From positions 186,001-250,000 of the forward strand of contig OZ025732.1 of NCBI GenBank assembly GCA_964019335.1: a stretch of DNA of 64,000 nt, read 5' to 3'. Under the pieces are notes generated by a model, which was given only the letters and a program-made list of their open reading frames with translations, ran no database searches and was not told the DNA's origin. Source of the DNA: Diplonema japonicum. Taxonomy: Eukaryota > Protista > Euglenozoa: Diplonemea. A program made the translations under genes and the position numbers. Positions 32,010 to 43,034 of the stretch are shown here, piece by piece. Position 1 is the stretch's first letter; the number at the start of each line of letters is the position of its first letter.

Positions 32010-34266
32010 GGAAGAAGGGAAGGTACATGGTCAAAGACACCGACGTACGGCTAAGGCTCCAGAGCTTCAAACACATCTGCGCGACATACTCCGAACACAA
32101 CATCCTCTGCATCCCAGACGATGTGTGGGCCAGGACAACCCCAGGCAGGAAACACAACACACGTGTTCTAGACCCTGAGGCTGAGTTTCGCCAGTTTGAG
32201 CCGGTCATCACCCCGGCGGGACCCCAGGTAAGCGACTCGAGCGCGCGAAAGACTGAGACCGCTCTCAACACCCCGGAAGATCGCACCCTCCTAACTTATG
32301 TCACCCTAGCTGCAGCTATAGCTGCATATGCCGCACGCACCCGACGGCTCGACACAGGAGTCGCCGCATCAGGTGTGGATGCGCACACCGCTCACTTCGG
32401 GCGGCCCGTCGCCACCGCCATCGTAGCCCTAGCTGCCGCCGTGGCCGCGCGAGCCGTGCACACCGGATGCTCTGTCACCACCACGTCTACGGCAAGCCAG
32501 ACTAACGTGGTCGGAACTGTCCCGCTCTTCCTGAAGGTCTCGAGTCTGCACAAGTCTACACCACAGACAGCAGTCGCAACCTGTCAGACGGACCGTGTCA
32601 CAGCACCTGTACTGTTCTCGATATCATCGACGCTCCAGACGGATCCTCCCAGCAGTAGACTGCCCCCGATGGACGCCGGACTGGGGTCGCCCTCGGCCGC
32701 GGCGGTCAGACTTACGAAGTCTGTCGAAATTCCGACGCCCCGCGCGACCCTGTCGAGGCGGCCGGTTACTGAGCCTCGGTTGACACCATGCCTTCCACCG
32801 CCAACGGACGTGTCATCCACCCAGCTCGCGGCCTGCACTCAGTCCACCCGTCGGGACACCGGACACGGGAGTGACACACCGATGCCGTCGTCTACCATGG
32901 GACACGCGACACTCCAACCAGTGGTCGGCTCCCAGATTGTGACAACGTCGGCTGTGGAGTCATCGCTCGCCCGAGCCGTGACAACGCCCGTTCTGGCAGA
33001 CGCCCCCCTCGGCGCCCGCCAGGTACAGCTCACTCCTTGCATCCAGTCCGTCCATGAGAACATCGGACTCGGGATGGATACGCCGATGGTCTTCAACCGG
33101 TGGTCAACGCCCAGAGAGACACGACGTTGACCCTGGAGCCGCCCGTGGCCCGAGCCGAGGCAGACGCTCCCCTAGACCCTCACCAGGCGGATGGTGGTTT
33201 AGAAATGATCGACCTCACGCAGGACTCCCCGGACAGACCCTCGCGCAAGAAGAAGCACGACGGCACTGCTTACGAGCACGAAAGCCGTCGTGGTAAGAGT
33301 TCCTCCACAGGCGATGGGGATCTTCTCATCCTGCGCGAGCAGTCACAGGGTTTTGATCAGGAAGCCCTCAACCGAAGGGCCCTCCAGAGACGGATGGATC
33401 GATACCTCAGTCTCTTGGTTTACTTCCGGCGACACCCGGAGCTCTTGGACGAACACCAGCGTCAGCTCCTGTCGGTCGGTCCCCTCCCGATGCACCTGGA
33501 CACCTCTCCACATCAACTGCTGCTCGAGGCCCGTGACACGGATAGAACTGCCGACCAACAGGCAACCGTCGCCAACCAGGAACAGCTTCTTCTGATTGCG
33601 CACAAGGCGTTGCCTACCACCGAACGTCTTCGGTTGTCTCACGAATGGCACTCGGGGCTGAACACCGCGGTACAGCAACAGTGGTGGTCGGAGTTCTTCG
33701 CCCAAGGCGGCTGGAAACACCCACTCTTCGGTTCCGAGGCCCCAAGAGGTGACGAGGTCGACTGTGCTGAACTCCTACAACTAGGAACTACTGGAGACGA
33801 CCCTACGCAATGTAGGAGTGCCGGCCCGGCGTGCTACGAGGGCGATAGGCTATGCAGGGTCTCACAGACCTCGCACCCTATGATTTTAGTTTCCACCTTT
33901 TCCTTTTCCACTTCTTGACTTTTAACTTCCCTTCTGCTTTCCCAACATGGTTTCCGTCCCGGGTATGACGTTAAACTGCGTCCGCCGACACATTTGGGTC
34001 AACATTCTCTGATGACCAAGCCGTCTTTTTCCGTTTCTTCTCCCCTTCTCTTTGTTATGTTATTTTCATTATTCTTTCTGGCGATAGACTGATACGGGCC
34101 ATGGAAGCAACCTCTGCTTAATTCCTGGTACGTGGGAGGCTCCTCTTGAGGATGTCACCTTTTCCCTTTTTTACTCGACTCTCTGTTTTCGTATGCAGTA
34201 TTTATTCTTTCCCACCCCTTTTTATCTATTTCTTCGCTTCTTCATCCTAACTTAAAACCATTTCAG
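32010..34266 (+). mobile_element. Second 5'-truncated PLE family 1 copy in a Ubl-ankyrin paralog
   Basis: Same site (ccacctctgagacca at 31995-32009 and 34267-34281) and same diagnostic internal deletion as 7851-10701, plus extra deletions; probably a duplicate of one insertion. Confidence 0.9.
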
Positions 34267-34780
34267 CCACCTCTGAGACCATCAGCATTGAGGCAGTGGC
34301 TTCGGAGGAGATGATGAAGGTGAAGGAGAGGATCGCATCGATGGGAGGGTTGGATGTGAACTTCTTCACCCTCACCTTCGATGGGGAGGTGGTGGCGGCG
34401 GCTGCTGACGACGGCGGTGGACAGCTTGTCAGAGATCTTCCTTTTGAGGATGGAAGCATGCTTGAAGTGGTGGTGTGCAAGAGGCAGGCGGCTCTGTTGA
34501 AACTCTCTGAGATGGGGATCAAAGTGAAAGGAAGGGACTTGTACGGAGTCTTACGTGATGACATTTCAGATTTCATGAAAGAGAAGGCCGTAGTAGAGAA
34601 CGACAAGATGTGCGAGGTTTTGAACTTTCTCCTGGATGCTGGGGTGAGTGGTGGGGAGGAGGAGGCCCTTCACATGGCGGCCCAGCACAATCTTCCTTCT
34701 TGTGTGGATGTCCTCTTGATTCGCACTTCTGTGGATGTGAATTCAAAAGTGTCTCTTCCTGACGATTGGCATGATCCGTC
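34267..34780 (+). pseudogene. Ubl-ankyrin paralog remainder, 3'-truncated
   Basis: Near-identical to 20330-20848. Confidence 0.8.
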
Positions 34781-35008
34781 CACATGTTTCGTCATCAGCG
34801 GCCATTCATCGAACACTTCCGCGTGCCCAGAAACTACCCCCTCCCCCCCCCAGCCAAATTTTACCCCCACCCCGATAACCTGTTTTCTTTTTTTACTTGC
34901 TTTTTACTCCTACATACAATATCATTTCAGCCCACCCGATAACGTAATCTAAAAAGAAGAGAAAAAAAGAATACTGAGGTTCGGCACACCCACAGTAGCC
35001 AAAAGAAA

Positions 35009-36754
35009 ATGAAAAGAAAGAGATCAAATGAAGGAATGAACGATATGACAGTGTTCGTGAAGACGGGAGGCGGGGTTCACGATGTGGAAGTGTCTGGGAA
35101 GGAGACGGTGGGGATCCTGTACAAGAAGGCGGGGTGTGCTGCTGGTTTACTCGAAGGCAAGTTCGAACTGGTTTGGGAGGGTGAGGTCCTGGACAGGAAC
35201 GGGGGTGAAGATATCCAGGAACTCGGGCTCGTGGAGGGCAGCGTGGTCCATGTGGAGGCGAAGAAGATGAGAACCGTTCAGCTGGAGGAGCTTGAGAGCT
35301 CAGAAGTGGTTTCAGAGCTTGAGGAGCTTGTGAGAGCTGACCCTGAGCTTGTTCTGGTGGTGGAGGTGGGGAACTCGCCAGCTGTCGAAGTCTTGTCCAT
35401 GAAGACGACAGTCCTTCCTTCTGAACTTCGGTTCCTCGTTGTCACCGACTCCACAGGCTGTGTTACAAGGATAGGCTCTGGGTTTCTTCAAGAGTGCGAC
35501 CACCTGACGTCTGTTGATCTCATCCTCCCCAATGTTTCCACCATTGATGAAAATCTTTTATATGAGTGCAAAAATCTAGAAACCATCAACTTGAATGCGA
35601 TGACCAATCTTTCTTCTATTGGTTGTTACTTCTTGTGTGGGTGCGAAAAACTAGAAACCATCGACTTGAATGCGATGACCAATCTTTCTTCTATTGGTGA
35701 TTGCTTCTTGGAGGGGTGCGTAAAACTAGAAACCATCAACTTGAATGCGATGACCAATCTTTCTTCTATTGGTTATTGCTTCTTGGAGGGGTGCGAAAAA
35801 CTAGAAACCATCAACTTGAATGCGATGACGAATCTTTCTTCCATTGGTCATAACTTCTTGTGTGGGTGCGTAAAACTAGAAACCATCAACTTGAATGCGA
35901 TGACCAATCTTTCTTCTATTGGTGATGGCTTCTTGGAGGGGTGCAAAAAACTAGAAACCATCGACTTGAATGCGATGACCAATCTTTCTTCCATTGGTAA
36001 TTACTTCTTGTGTGAGTGCGTAAAACTAGAAACCATCAACTTGAATGCGATGACCAATCTTTCTTCTATTGGTTGTTACTTCTTGTGTGGGTGCGAAAAA
36101 CTAGAAACCATCGACTTGAATGCGATGACCAATCTTTCTTCTATTGGTGATCGCTTCTTGGAGGGGTGCGTAAAACTAGAAACCATCGACTTGAATGCGA
36201 TGACCAATCTTTCTTCTATTGGTGATTACTTCTTGTTTGGGTGCGAAATACTAGAAACCATCAACTTGAATGCGATGACCAATCTTTCTTCCATTGGTCA
36301 TAACTTCTTGAAGGGGTGCAAAAAACTAGAAACCATCAACTTGAATGCGATGACCAATCTTTCTTCCATTGGTGATTACTTCTTGTTTGGGTGCGAAAAA
36401 CTAGAAACCATCGACTTGAATGCGATGACCAATCTTTCTTCTATTGGTGATTACTTCTTGTCTGGGTGCGAAAAGCTAGAAACCATCAACTTGAATGCGA
36501 TGACCAATCTTTCTTCTATTGGTGATTACTTCTTGTCTGGGTGCGAAAAGCTAGAAACCATCAACTTGAATGCGATGACCAATCTTTCTTCCATTGGTGA
36601 TTACTTCTTGTTTGGGTGCGAAAAACTAGAAACCATCGACTTGAATACGTTGACCAATCTTTCTTCCATTGGTGATGGCTTCTTGGAGGAGTGCGTAAAA
36701 CTAGAAACTGTCGACTTGAATTTAAAAAGAAAAAAAAAAGAAGTCGGTGTTTAG
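35009..36754 (+). CDS. Ubl-LRR protein, 15 tandem 25-aa repeats
   Basis: Paralog of 17906-19273 with five more repeats; flanks also duplicated. Confidence 0.88.
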   Translation: MKRKRSNEGMNDMTVFVKTGGGVHDVEVSGKETVGILYKKAGCAAGLLEGKFELVWEGEVLDRNGGEDIQELGLVEGSVVHVEAKKMRTVQLEELESSEVVSELEELVRADPELVLVVEVGNSPAVEVLSMKTTVLPSELRFLVVTDSTGCVTRIGSGFLQECDHLTSVDLILPNVSTIDENLLYECKNLETINLNAMTNLSSIGCYFLCGCEKLETIDLNAMTNLSSIGDCFLEGCVKLETINLNAMTNLSSIGYCFLEGCEKLETINLNAMTNLSSIGHNFLCGCVKLETINLNAMTNLSSIGDGFLEGCKKLETIDLNAMTNLSSIGNYFLCECVKLETINLNAMTNLSSIGCYFLCGCEKLETIDLNAMTNLSSIGDRFLEGCVKLETIDLNAMTNLSSIGDYFLFGCEILETINLNAMTNLSSIGHNFLKGCKKLETINLNAMTNLSSIGDYFLFGCEKLETIDLNAMTNLSSIGDYFLSGCEKLETINLNAMTNLSSIGDYFLSGCEKLETINLNAMTNLSSIGDYFLFGCEKLETIDLNTLTNLSSIGDGFLEECVKLETVDLNLKRKKKEVGV

Positions 36755-37589
36755 AAAAGAAGAGGGGAAAAAAGAAGAAAAAAGAACACCCTGGCGCTGA
36801 GAAACATCTTTGTGGAAAAACCAACGGAAAGCAATCCAATACCTCAAAGACACCGGGGACCTGCCCCCCTCCGCAACAACTCCACAACAACCATCTAACC
36901 TGCTGAAGTAGCATGCCGATCAGAAGGCGGCTGAGGCACTTGTCATTTAATCAGAATCCCGAGATCCCATCCCTGATCCCCAAATAGAGAGTGTACAATC
37001 CTGTTTCTCGCGGAAACAGAGAACCTACCCCCTCCCCACCACAGCACCCGACCAATCAGATGCAGCAGTGTGAAAAAAAAAGCCCCCCTCTCCCCAAACA
37101 AAACAAACAAACAAACATTTCCCCACCCCCGATAACGTATAATGAAGAAAAAATATGGGGGGGAAAGGATTCTGAGGTCCGGCACCCTTAGTAGCCAAAA
37201 AAAAAAAAGGAATAAAAAGAATTTTATCATTAAGAATTTTTTATTTTTATTTTTATTTTATTTATTCCTTGTTTTCCCTAAACAATGTTTTGGTCAAAAC
37301 GTTCTTTTTAGGGAAGGAAAAAAAAAAAAAAAAAAAAAAGGAATAAAAAGAAAGAGAAGAAAGCAATTGATTGTCTGCCTCTCTTCTCCCTCTCTATTTT
37401 TATTTTTATTTTAATTTTATTTTATTCACAGGGTGCCCCAACCGGCTTCCTTTAAATCATCGAACATTTTTATTTTTATTTTTATTTTTATTTTTATTTT
37501 TAATCTTAGTTTTAAATTGTGTTTTATTTTTAGTTTTATTTTTAATTTTTTTTTTATTTTGTTGTTTCTTTTTCTTATTTTTCTTTCTA

Positions 37590-38060
37590 TCAGCAACGGT
37601 AGAGACGAGGGAGCATCACAGAAGATCAGCATGGGTGCGGCAAAGAACCACCTAAGAAAAGCCAGAAGGCGGGAAATACTAGCAGGGCTGAAAGACGTAC
37701 AATAGGTGGACAGGTGGAACAGAGGCATCAGAGCACCAAAGAAGATGGAAGGGCTGAACAGGAAGGAAGAAGTGCTGATCAGCCAGCTGAAGACTGGGCA
37801 CCATGACCTGCTGAAGGTGGGATACACCGAGCAGCGAATTTGCGTGAAGTGCTGCCCCAACACGAAGCGAACCCTCCAACATCTCTTCCTAGACTGTCCG
37901 TCATCCAAAGCAAGCAGGGACAAACACTTCGACACCCTGACGCTGAGACATCAAGTACCTTGAAGACCGGGAACCTGCCCCCCTCCGCAGCAACCCCGTA
38001 ACAACCACATCCCTGATCCCCAAGAGTGTACAATCCTGTTTCTCGCGGAAACAGAAAACC
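37590..38060 (+). mobile_element. ingi/L1Tc-like LINE 3' fragment
   Basis: EEVLISQLKTGH...CVKC...QHLFLDCP; internal stop. Confidence 0.7.
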
Positions 38061-38099
38061 TACCTATCTACCCCCCACCACAGCAGACACTTCCAACCC

Positions 38100-38293
38100 A
38101 TGTGATGGCAAAGAACGATGAAGGGAAGACGGCTCTCGATCTTGTCCCCTCTGATGACAGCGACAAGGCCAAGGCGATGCGATACCTGTTGGAGGACCCG
38201 AGTCTCGCTCATGATCTGGAGCTGTTCGAAAGTGGGAGGGAGCTGAGCGACGTCAGCAGGCTTCCTGTTGTTCAACTGATTTCAAAGTGTTGA
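38100..38293 (+). pseudogene. Ankyrin-family 3' fragment
   Basis: Matches 19705-19892. Confidence 0.8.
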
Positions 38294-38619
38294 ATCTATT
38301 TTAAGACGATAGCACGATCGGTGCCGATCAAGGCAGAGCCACACCACCCAGTATAGTGTGAATGGAGAAAAGGAAACAAGATAAAGAATTTACCACGTCT
38401 TCGTATTTCTAAAATATAAAAAGGATAGAAAACACAAACGTCCGATCTTCGCGTCCCCGAAGGTCACCCACTCGATCCTAGAGGAACAAATGCGAACGCA
38501 TTGCATCCTCAACAACTCGCTAGTTGGTTTCACGCCCAAGCTGCTGAGAAGATACTACGACGGGCCTAAGGCACTACCACGACAGAAGGGATCAAACACT
38601 AGAGGGATGATGCGTACGA

Positions 38620-39272
38620 AACAGCACTTCACCGGGCCACTTCGGAGGAGGTGGCGGCTGTTCTCTTGAGACACAATGCAGATGTCAACGCAGAAGACGG
38701 TGACAGTGTTCCTGTCATTCACCATGCAGCACATTGGGGGCATCTTGTTGGCAAGCTTTCTGTACTTCTGAAACACAATGCAGATGTGAATGCGAGAGAC
38801 TGGGATGGAAGGACGGCTCTTCATGGCTCGTATGTTCACCCCTCTGCTGTACACCTTCTTCTTGAACAACATCGAGGCAAAAGACAACAGGGGAGGAACA
38901 CCCCTTTTCGTGGCTAATGTTTTAGAGGTGGCGGAAGCACTTCTTGAGCACAATGCTGATGTGAAGGCGAGGGACAATAGAGGGAACACGTGTCTGCACT
39001 ACGCTGTGTTAAGACATGGGATCGAAGTGTTACCCGCTCTGCTGAGACACAATGCAGATGTGACGGCAAGGAACGATGACGGGAAGACGGCTCTCGATCT
39101 TGTCCCCTCTGATGATGAGGACATTACCAAAGCGATGCGATACCTGTTGGAGGACCCGAGTCTCGCTCATGACCTGGAGCTGTTCGAAAGTGGGAGGGAG
39201 CTGAGCGACGTTAGCAGGCTTCCTGTTGTTCAACTGATTTCAGAGTATAGCAGAAGACAACGGCAAAGATGA
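38620..39272 (+). pseudogene. Ankyrin-family 3' half, frameshifted
   Basis: Ankyrin repeats in two frames (ORFs 38651 and 38790). Confidence 0.8.
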
Positions 39273-39450
39273 AAGATGGCAAGAGGACACCGAAGAGACC
39301 ACCGACAAGCCACCGACTAACCGTCTACCTAGCAAGCCATTCAAAGCAGCAGGAAAAGGACAAATAAGGTGTAAACAAATAGAAGAAAAAGAACAGAAAG
39401 AAATAAATAAAAGCAGAAGAACGTAAGCCCCAACAACCCTCGTTCCTGTT

Positions 39451-39766
39451 CGTCCCGGGTATGACGTTAAACTGCGTCCGCCGACGCATTTGGGTCAACA
39501 TTCTCTGATGACCAAGCCGTCTTTTTCCGTTTCTTCTCCCCTTCTCTTTGTTATGTTATTTTCATTATTCTTTCTGGCGATAGACTGATACGGGCCATGG
39601 AAGCAACCTCTGCTTAATTCCTGGTACGTGGGAGGCTCCTCTTGAGGATGTCAGTCACCTTTTCCCTTTTTTACTCGACTCTCTGTTTTCGTATGCAGTA
39701 TTTATTCTTTCCCACCCCTTTCTATCTATTTCTTCGCTTCTTCATCCTAACTTAAAACCATTTCAG
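39451..39766 (+). mobile_element. PLE family 1 3'UTR copy
   Basis: Near-identical to 10386-10701. Confidence 0.9.
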
Positions 39767-39795
39767 CAACCCCCCCCCCCCCCCCCCCCACTAGG

Positions 39796-41082
39796 GCTAT
39801 TGAAATGGTTTTAAGTTAGGATGAAGAAGCGAAGAAATAGATAAAAAGGGGTGGGAAAGAATAAATACTGCATACGAAAACAGAGAGTCGAGTAAAAAAG
39901 GGAAAAGGTGACTGACATCCTCAAGAGGAGCCTCCCACGTACCAGGAATTAAGCAGAGGTTGCTTCCATGGCCCGTATCAGTCTATCGCCAGAAAGAATA
40001 ATGAAAATAACATAACAAAGAGAAGGGGAGAAGAAACGGAAAAAGACGGCTTGGTCATCAGAGAATGTTGACCCAAATGTGTCGGCGGACGCAGTTTAAC
40101 GTCATACCCGGGACGGAAACCATGTTGGGAAAGCAGAAGGGAAGTTAAGAGTCAAGAAGTGGAAAAGGAAAAGGTGGAAACTAAAATCATAGGGTGCGAG
40201 GTCTGTGAGACCCTGCATAGCCTATCGCCCTCGTAGCACGCCGGGCCGGCACTCCTACATTGCGTAGGGTCGTCTCCAGTAGTTCCTAGTTGTAGGAGTT
40301 CAGCACAGTCGACCACTGTGACTCGCTGTAGTAGAGGGTCCCTGCCCCCACGAAGTCAGCGAGTAGGGCTGCCACAGTCGGATACGACTTGTCCTTGAAC
40401 CCTTGGGTCTGCAACCGAAAGCCCTGTTCCTGGCGGGAAGCGTAGAGCCACGTCGAGTCATAACAGACCAGCAGACACGGGATCGCGACGCGTGTGTCGA
40501 GGGGGACCGTGACCATGGGGGTCTCACCCAGGAAGTGTGTGCAAGCCCTGGACATGCAGCTGAGGTCAAAGACGGCCTCGCCCTGGGAAAGGAAGCCCAG
40601 GTGTCGAAGCTCATCCAGGTCCTCAGGGCCGTCGACGTCTGCTTCCCTGGTGAGCCTCTTAAGGGCGACAAGTCCAGTGACTCTGGTGTTCGGCCTCGTC
40701 GCGGCGAGATCCCGTTTGGCCGCGGGAAGGGCGGGGCCGTCTTCGGGTTCCGGGCGTTTGTTCCTCTCCCCGTTGTAGGTGAGCAGGAGAGGGGTCCTCC
40801 CTGGAGTCCTAGTCTCGTCACCTCTTGGGGCCTCGGAACCGAAGAGTGGGTGTTTCCAGCCGCCTTGGGCGAAGAACTCCGACCACCACTGTTGCTGGCA
40901 AGAAACGTTTCCGTTTCCGTTCCCGTTCCCGTTCCCGTTTCCGTTTCCATACTTTTCAAAATTCTTATGGAAACGCGTTTCCTTCTTAAGGAAACATAAG
41001 GAAACGTTTCCGTTTCCGTTTCCGTTTCCGTTTCCCTTTTTTTCAAAAAATGCATGGAAACGCGTTTCCATGCCAGCATAGC
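39796..41082. mobile_element. Small MITE with GCTATGCTGGCA TIRs and (GGAAAC)n core, split by the PLE
   Basis: gctat (39796-39800) + gctggca (40894-40900) rebuilds the left TIR; tgccagcatagc at 41071-41082 is the right TIR; unsplit left end at ~45544. Confidence 0.7.
39801..40893 (-). mobile_element. 5'-truncated PLE family 1 copy, inverted
   Basis: Reverse complement matches ~9604-10700. Confidence 0.92.
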
Positions 41083-41137
41083 AGCGAGCCCCCACTTGCA
41101 TCAATAGGAAAAGAAAGAAAAAGAAAAAAGAAAGAAA

Positions 41138-42436
41138 ATGAAAAGAAAGAGGTCAGATGAAGGAATGAACGATATGACAGTGTTCGTGAAGACTGGAGGC
41201 GGGGTTCACGATGTGGAAGTGTTGGGAAAGGACCTATACAAGAAGGTGGGGTGTGCTGCTAGTTTAATCGAAACCATGAAAGGAAGCGAAGGACCATCGG
41301 CAGTGACGCTGCAGGCGAGGCTCCCCACCTCTGAGACCATCAGCATTGAGGCAGTGGCTTCGGAGGAGATGAAGAAGGTGAAGGAGAGGATCGCATCGAT
41401 GGGAGGGTTGGATGTGGACAGCTTCACCCTCACCTTCGATGGGGAGGTGGTGGCGGCGACGGCTGCTGACGACGGCGGTGGACAGCTTGTCGGAGATCTT
41501 CCTTTTGAGGATGGAAGCATGCTTGAAGTGGTGGTGAGCAAGAGGCAGGCGGCTCTGTTGAAGCTTTCAGAGATAGGGATCGAAGTGAAAGGAAGGAAAT
41601 TGTACAGGACACTTGATGCCTTTTCCGATTTGATGAGCAAGGGGGACGAAATAGCAGATGAGAAGATGTGCGAGGTTGTGAACCTTCTCCTGGATGCTGG
41701 GGTGAGTGGTGGGGAGGAGCAGGCCCTTCACATGACGGCCCAGCACAATCTTCCTTCTTGTGTGGATGTCCTCTTGACTCGCACTTCTGTGGACGTGAAT
41801 TCAGAAGTAGAGCTTACTGACGATTGGGGTGAAACCCATACAGCACTTCACCGGGCCACTTCGGAGGTGGCGGCTGTTCTCATCTCGAGACACAATGCAG
41901 ATGTCAATGCAAGAGACAGGGAAGGTGTACCTGTCATTCACTATGTAGCACGTTGGAGTTCGTTGGGCAAGCTTTCTGTACTTCTGGAGCACAACGCAGA
42001 TGTGAATGCAAGAGACAAGAGAGGAAGGACGGCTCTTCATGTCTCCTCTGCTGTGGTTCACCTGCTACCAAAGGTTCACCTGCTTCTTGAACACAAGGCG
42101 GACATCGAGGCAAAAGACAACAAGGGAAGAACACCCCTTTTCTCGGCTAGTACAGAGCCAGCAAAGGCACTTCTTGAGCGCAATGCTGATATGAGGGCAA
42201 GGGACAATAGAGGGAACACGTGTCTGCACCACGCTGTTAAAAGAAGAATGTTCGAAGTGTTACCTGTTCTGCTGAGACACAATGCAGATGTGACGGCAAG
42301 GAACGATGAAGGGAAGACGGCTCTCGATCTTATCCCTTTTGATGGCAGGGACAAGGTCGAGGTCAGGGCGATGCGACACCTGCTGTTGCAGAACCTTCAG
42401 CAACTAGGGCGAAACACTTCGACACCCTTACACTAA
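41138..42436 (+). CDS. Ubl-ankyrin repeat protein with LRR-family leader
   Basis: Open 432-aa frame; Ubl plus ankyrin repeats; diverged from 20281 copy. Confidence 0.85.
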   Translation: MKRKRSDEGMNDMTVFVKTGGGVHDVEVLGKDLYKKVGCAASLIETMKGSEGPSAVTLQARLPTSETISIEAVASEEMKKVKERIASMGGLDVDSFTLTFDGEVVAATAADDGGGQLVGDLPFEDGSMLEVVVSKRQAALLKLSEIGIEVKGRKLYRTLDAFSDLMSKGDEIADEKMCEVVNLLLDAGVSGGEEQALHMTAQHNLPSCVDVLLTRTSVDVNSEVELTDDWGETHTALHRATSEVAAVLISRHNADVNARDREGVPVIHYVARWSSLGKLSVLLEHNADVNARDKRGRTALHVSSAVVHLLPKVHLLLEHKADIEAKDNKGRTPLFSASTEPAKALLERNADMRARDNRGNTCLHHAVKRRMFEVLPVLLRHNADVTARNDEGKTALDLIPFDGRDKVEVRAMRHLLLQNLQQLGRNTSTPLH

Positions 42437-42632
42437 AACACATCATTGGGAACATAGGGTGGTCCTCAAGTACTTAGGTAAGGAAAAAAAGAAAGGTGGG
42501 ATATCCCCTAGCGACATTCTTTTTTATAATAGATTCATTCAACTTCAGGTATCCCAGTGTCTCTTTTTTATTTTTTCGTTTACTTTTTGCTTCTTCTCCA
42601 TAGCTTACTTTTTTAAAAGGATACCACATAAC

Positions 42633-42812
42633 CATGAAGGGCAGTGAAGGACCATCGGCAGTGACTTGAGGCAGTGGCTTCGGAGGAGATGAAGAAGGTG
42701 AAGGAGAGGATCGCATCGATGGGAGGGTTGGATGTGGACATCTTCACCCTCACCTTCGATGGGGTGGTGGTGGCGGCGACGGCTGCTGACGACGGCGGTG
42801 GACAGCTTGTCG
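42633..42812 (+). pseudogene. Ubl fragment followed by deleted PLE tail (42811-42896)
   Basis: Identity to 20281-20500 with deletion; tail ends aaaatcatttca. Confidence 0.7.
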
Positions 42813-43034
42813 TGTAGGCTCCTCTTGAGGATGTCAGTCACTTTTTCCCTTTTTATCCATTTTTTCGCTTCTCTATTCTGACTTAAAATCATTTCAATAA
42901 CCCGTATGCTAACTACTTCGTTCCTATCATAGTGAATTGTTTTTTGTTCTATCTTTTTTATTTTCTTTTATTTTTTTCCGAACTCTGATTTAATCAGGAC
43001 AAAAAAAAAGAAAAAGAAAGAAAACAAAAGAACC

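Noticed and set aside
35570-36720. CRISPR-like array
   Set aside because: 75-bp units are in-frame coding repeats with no unique spacers or cas genes, in eukaryotic DNA
40900-41070. Telomeric or interstitial telomere repeat
   Set aside because: Unit is GGAAAC/GGGAAC in palindromic arrangement inside TIRs, not TTAGGG-type
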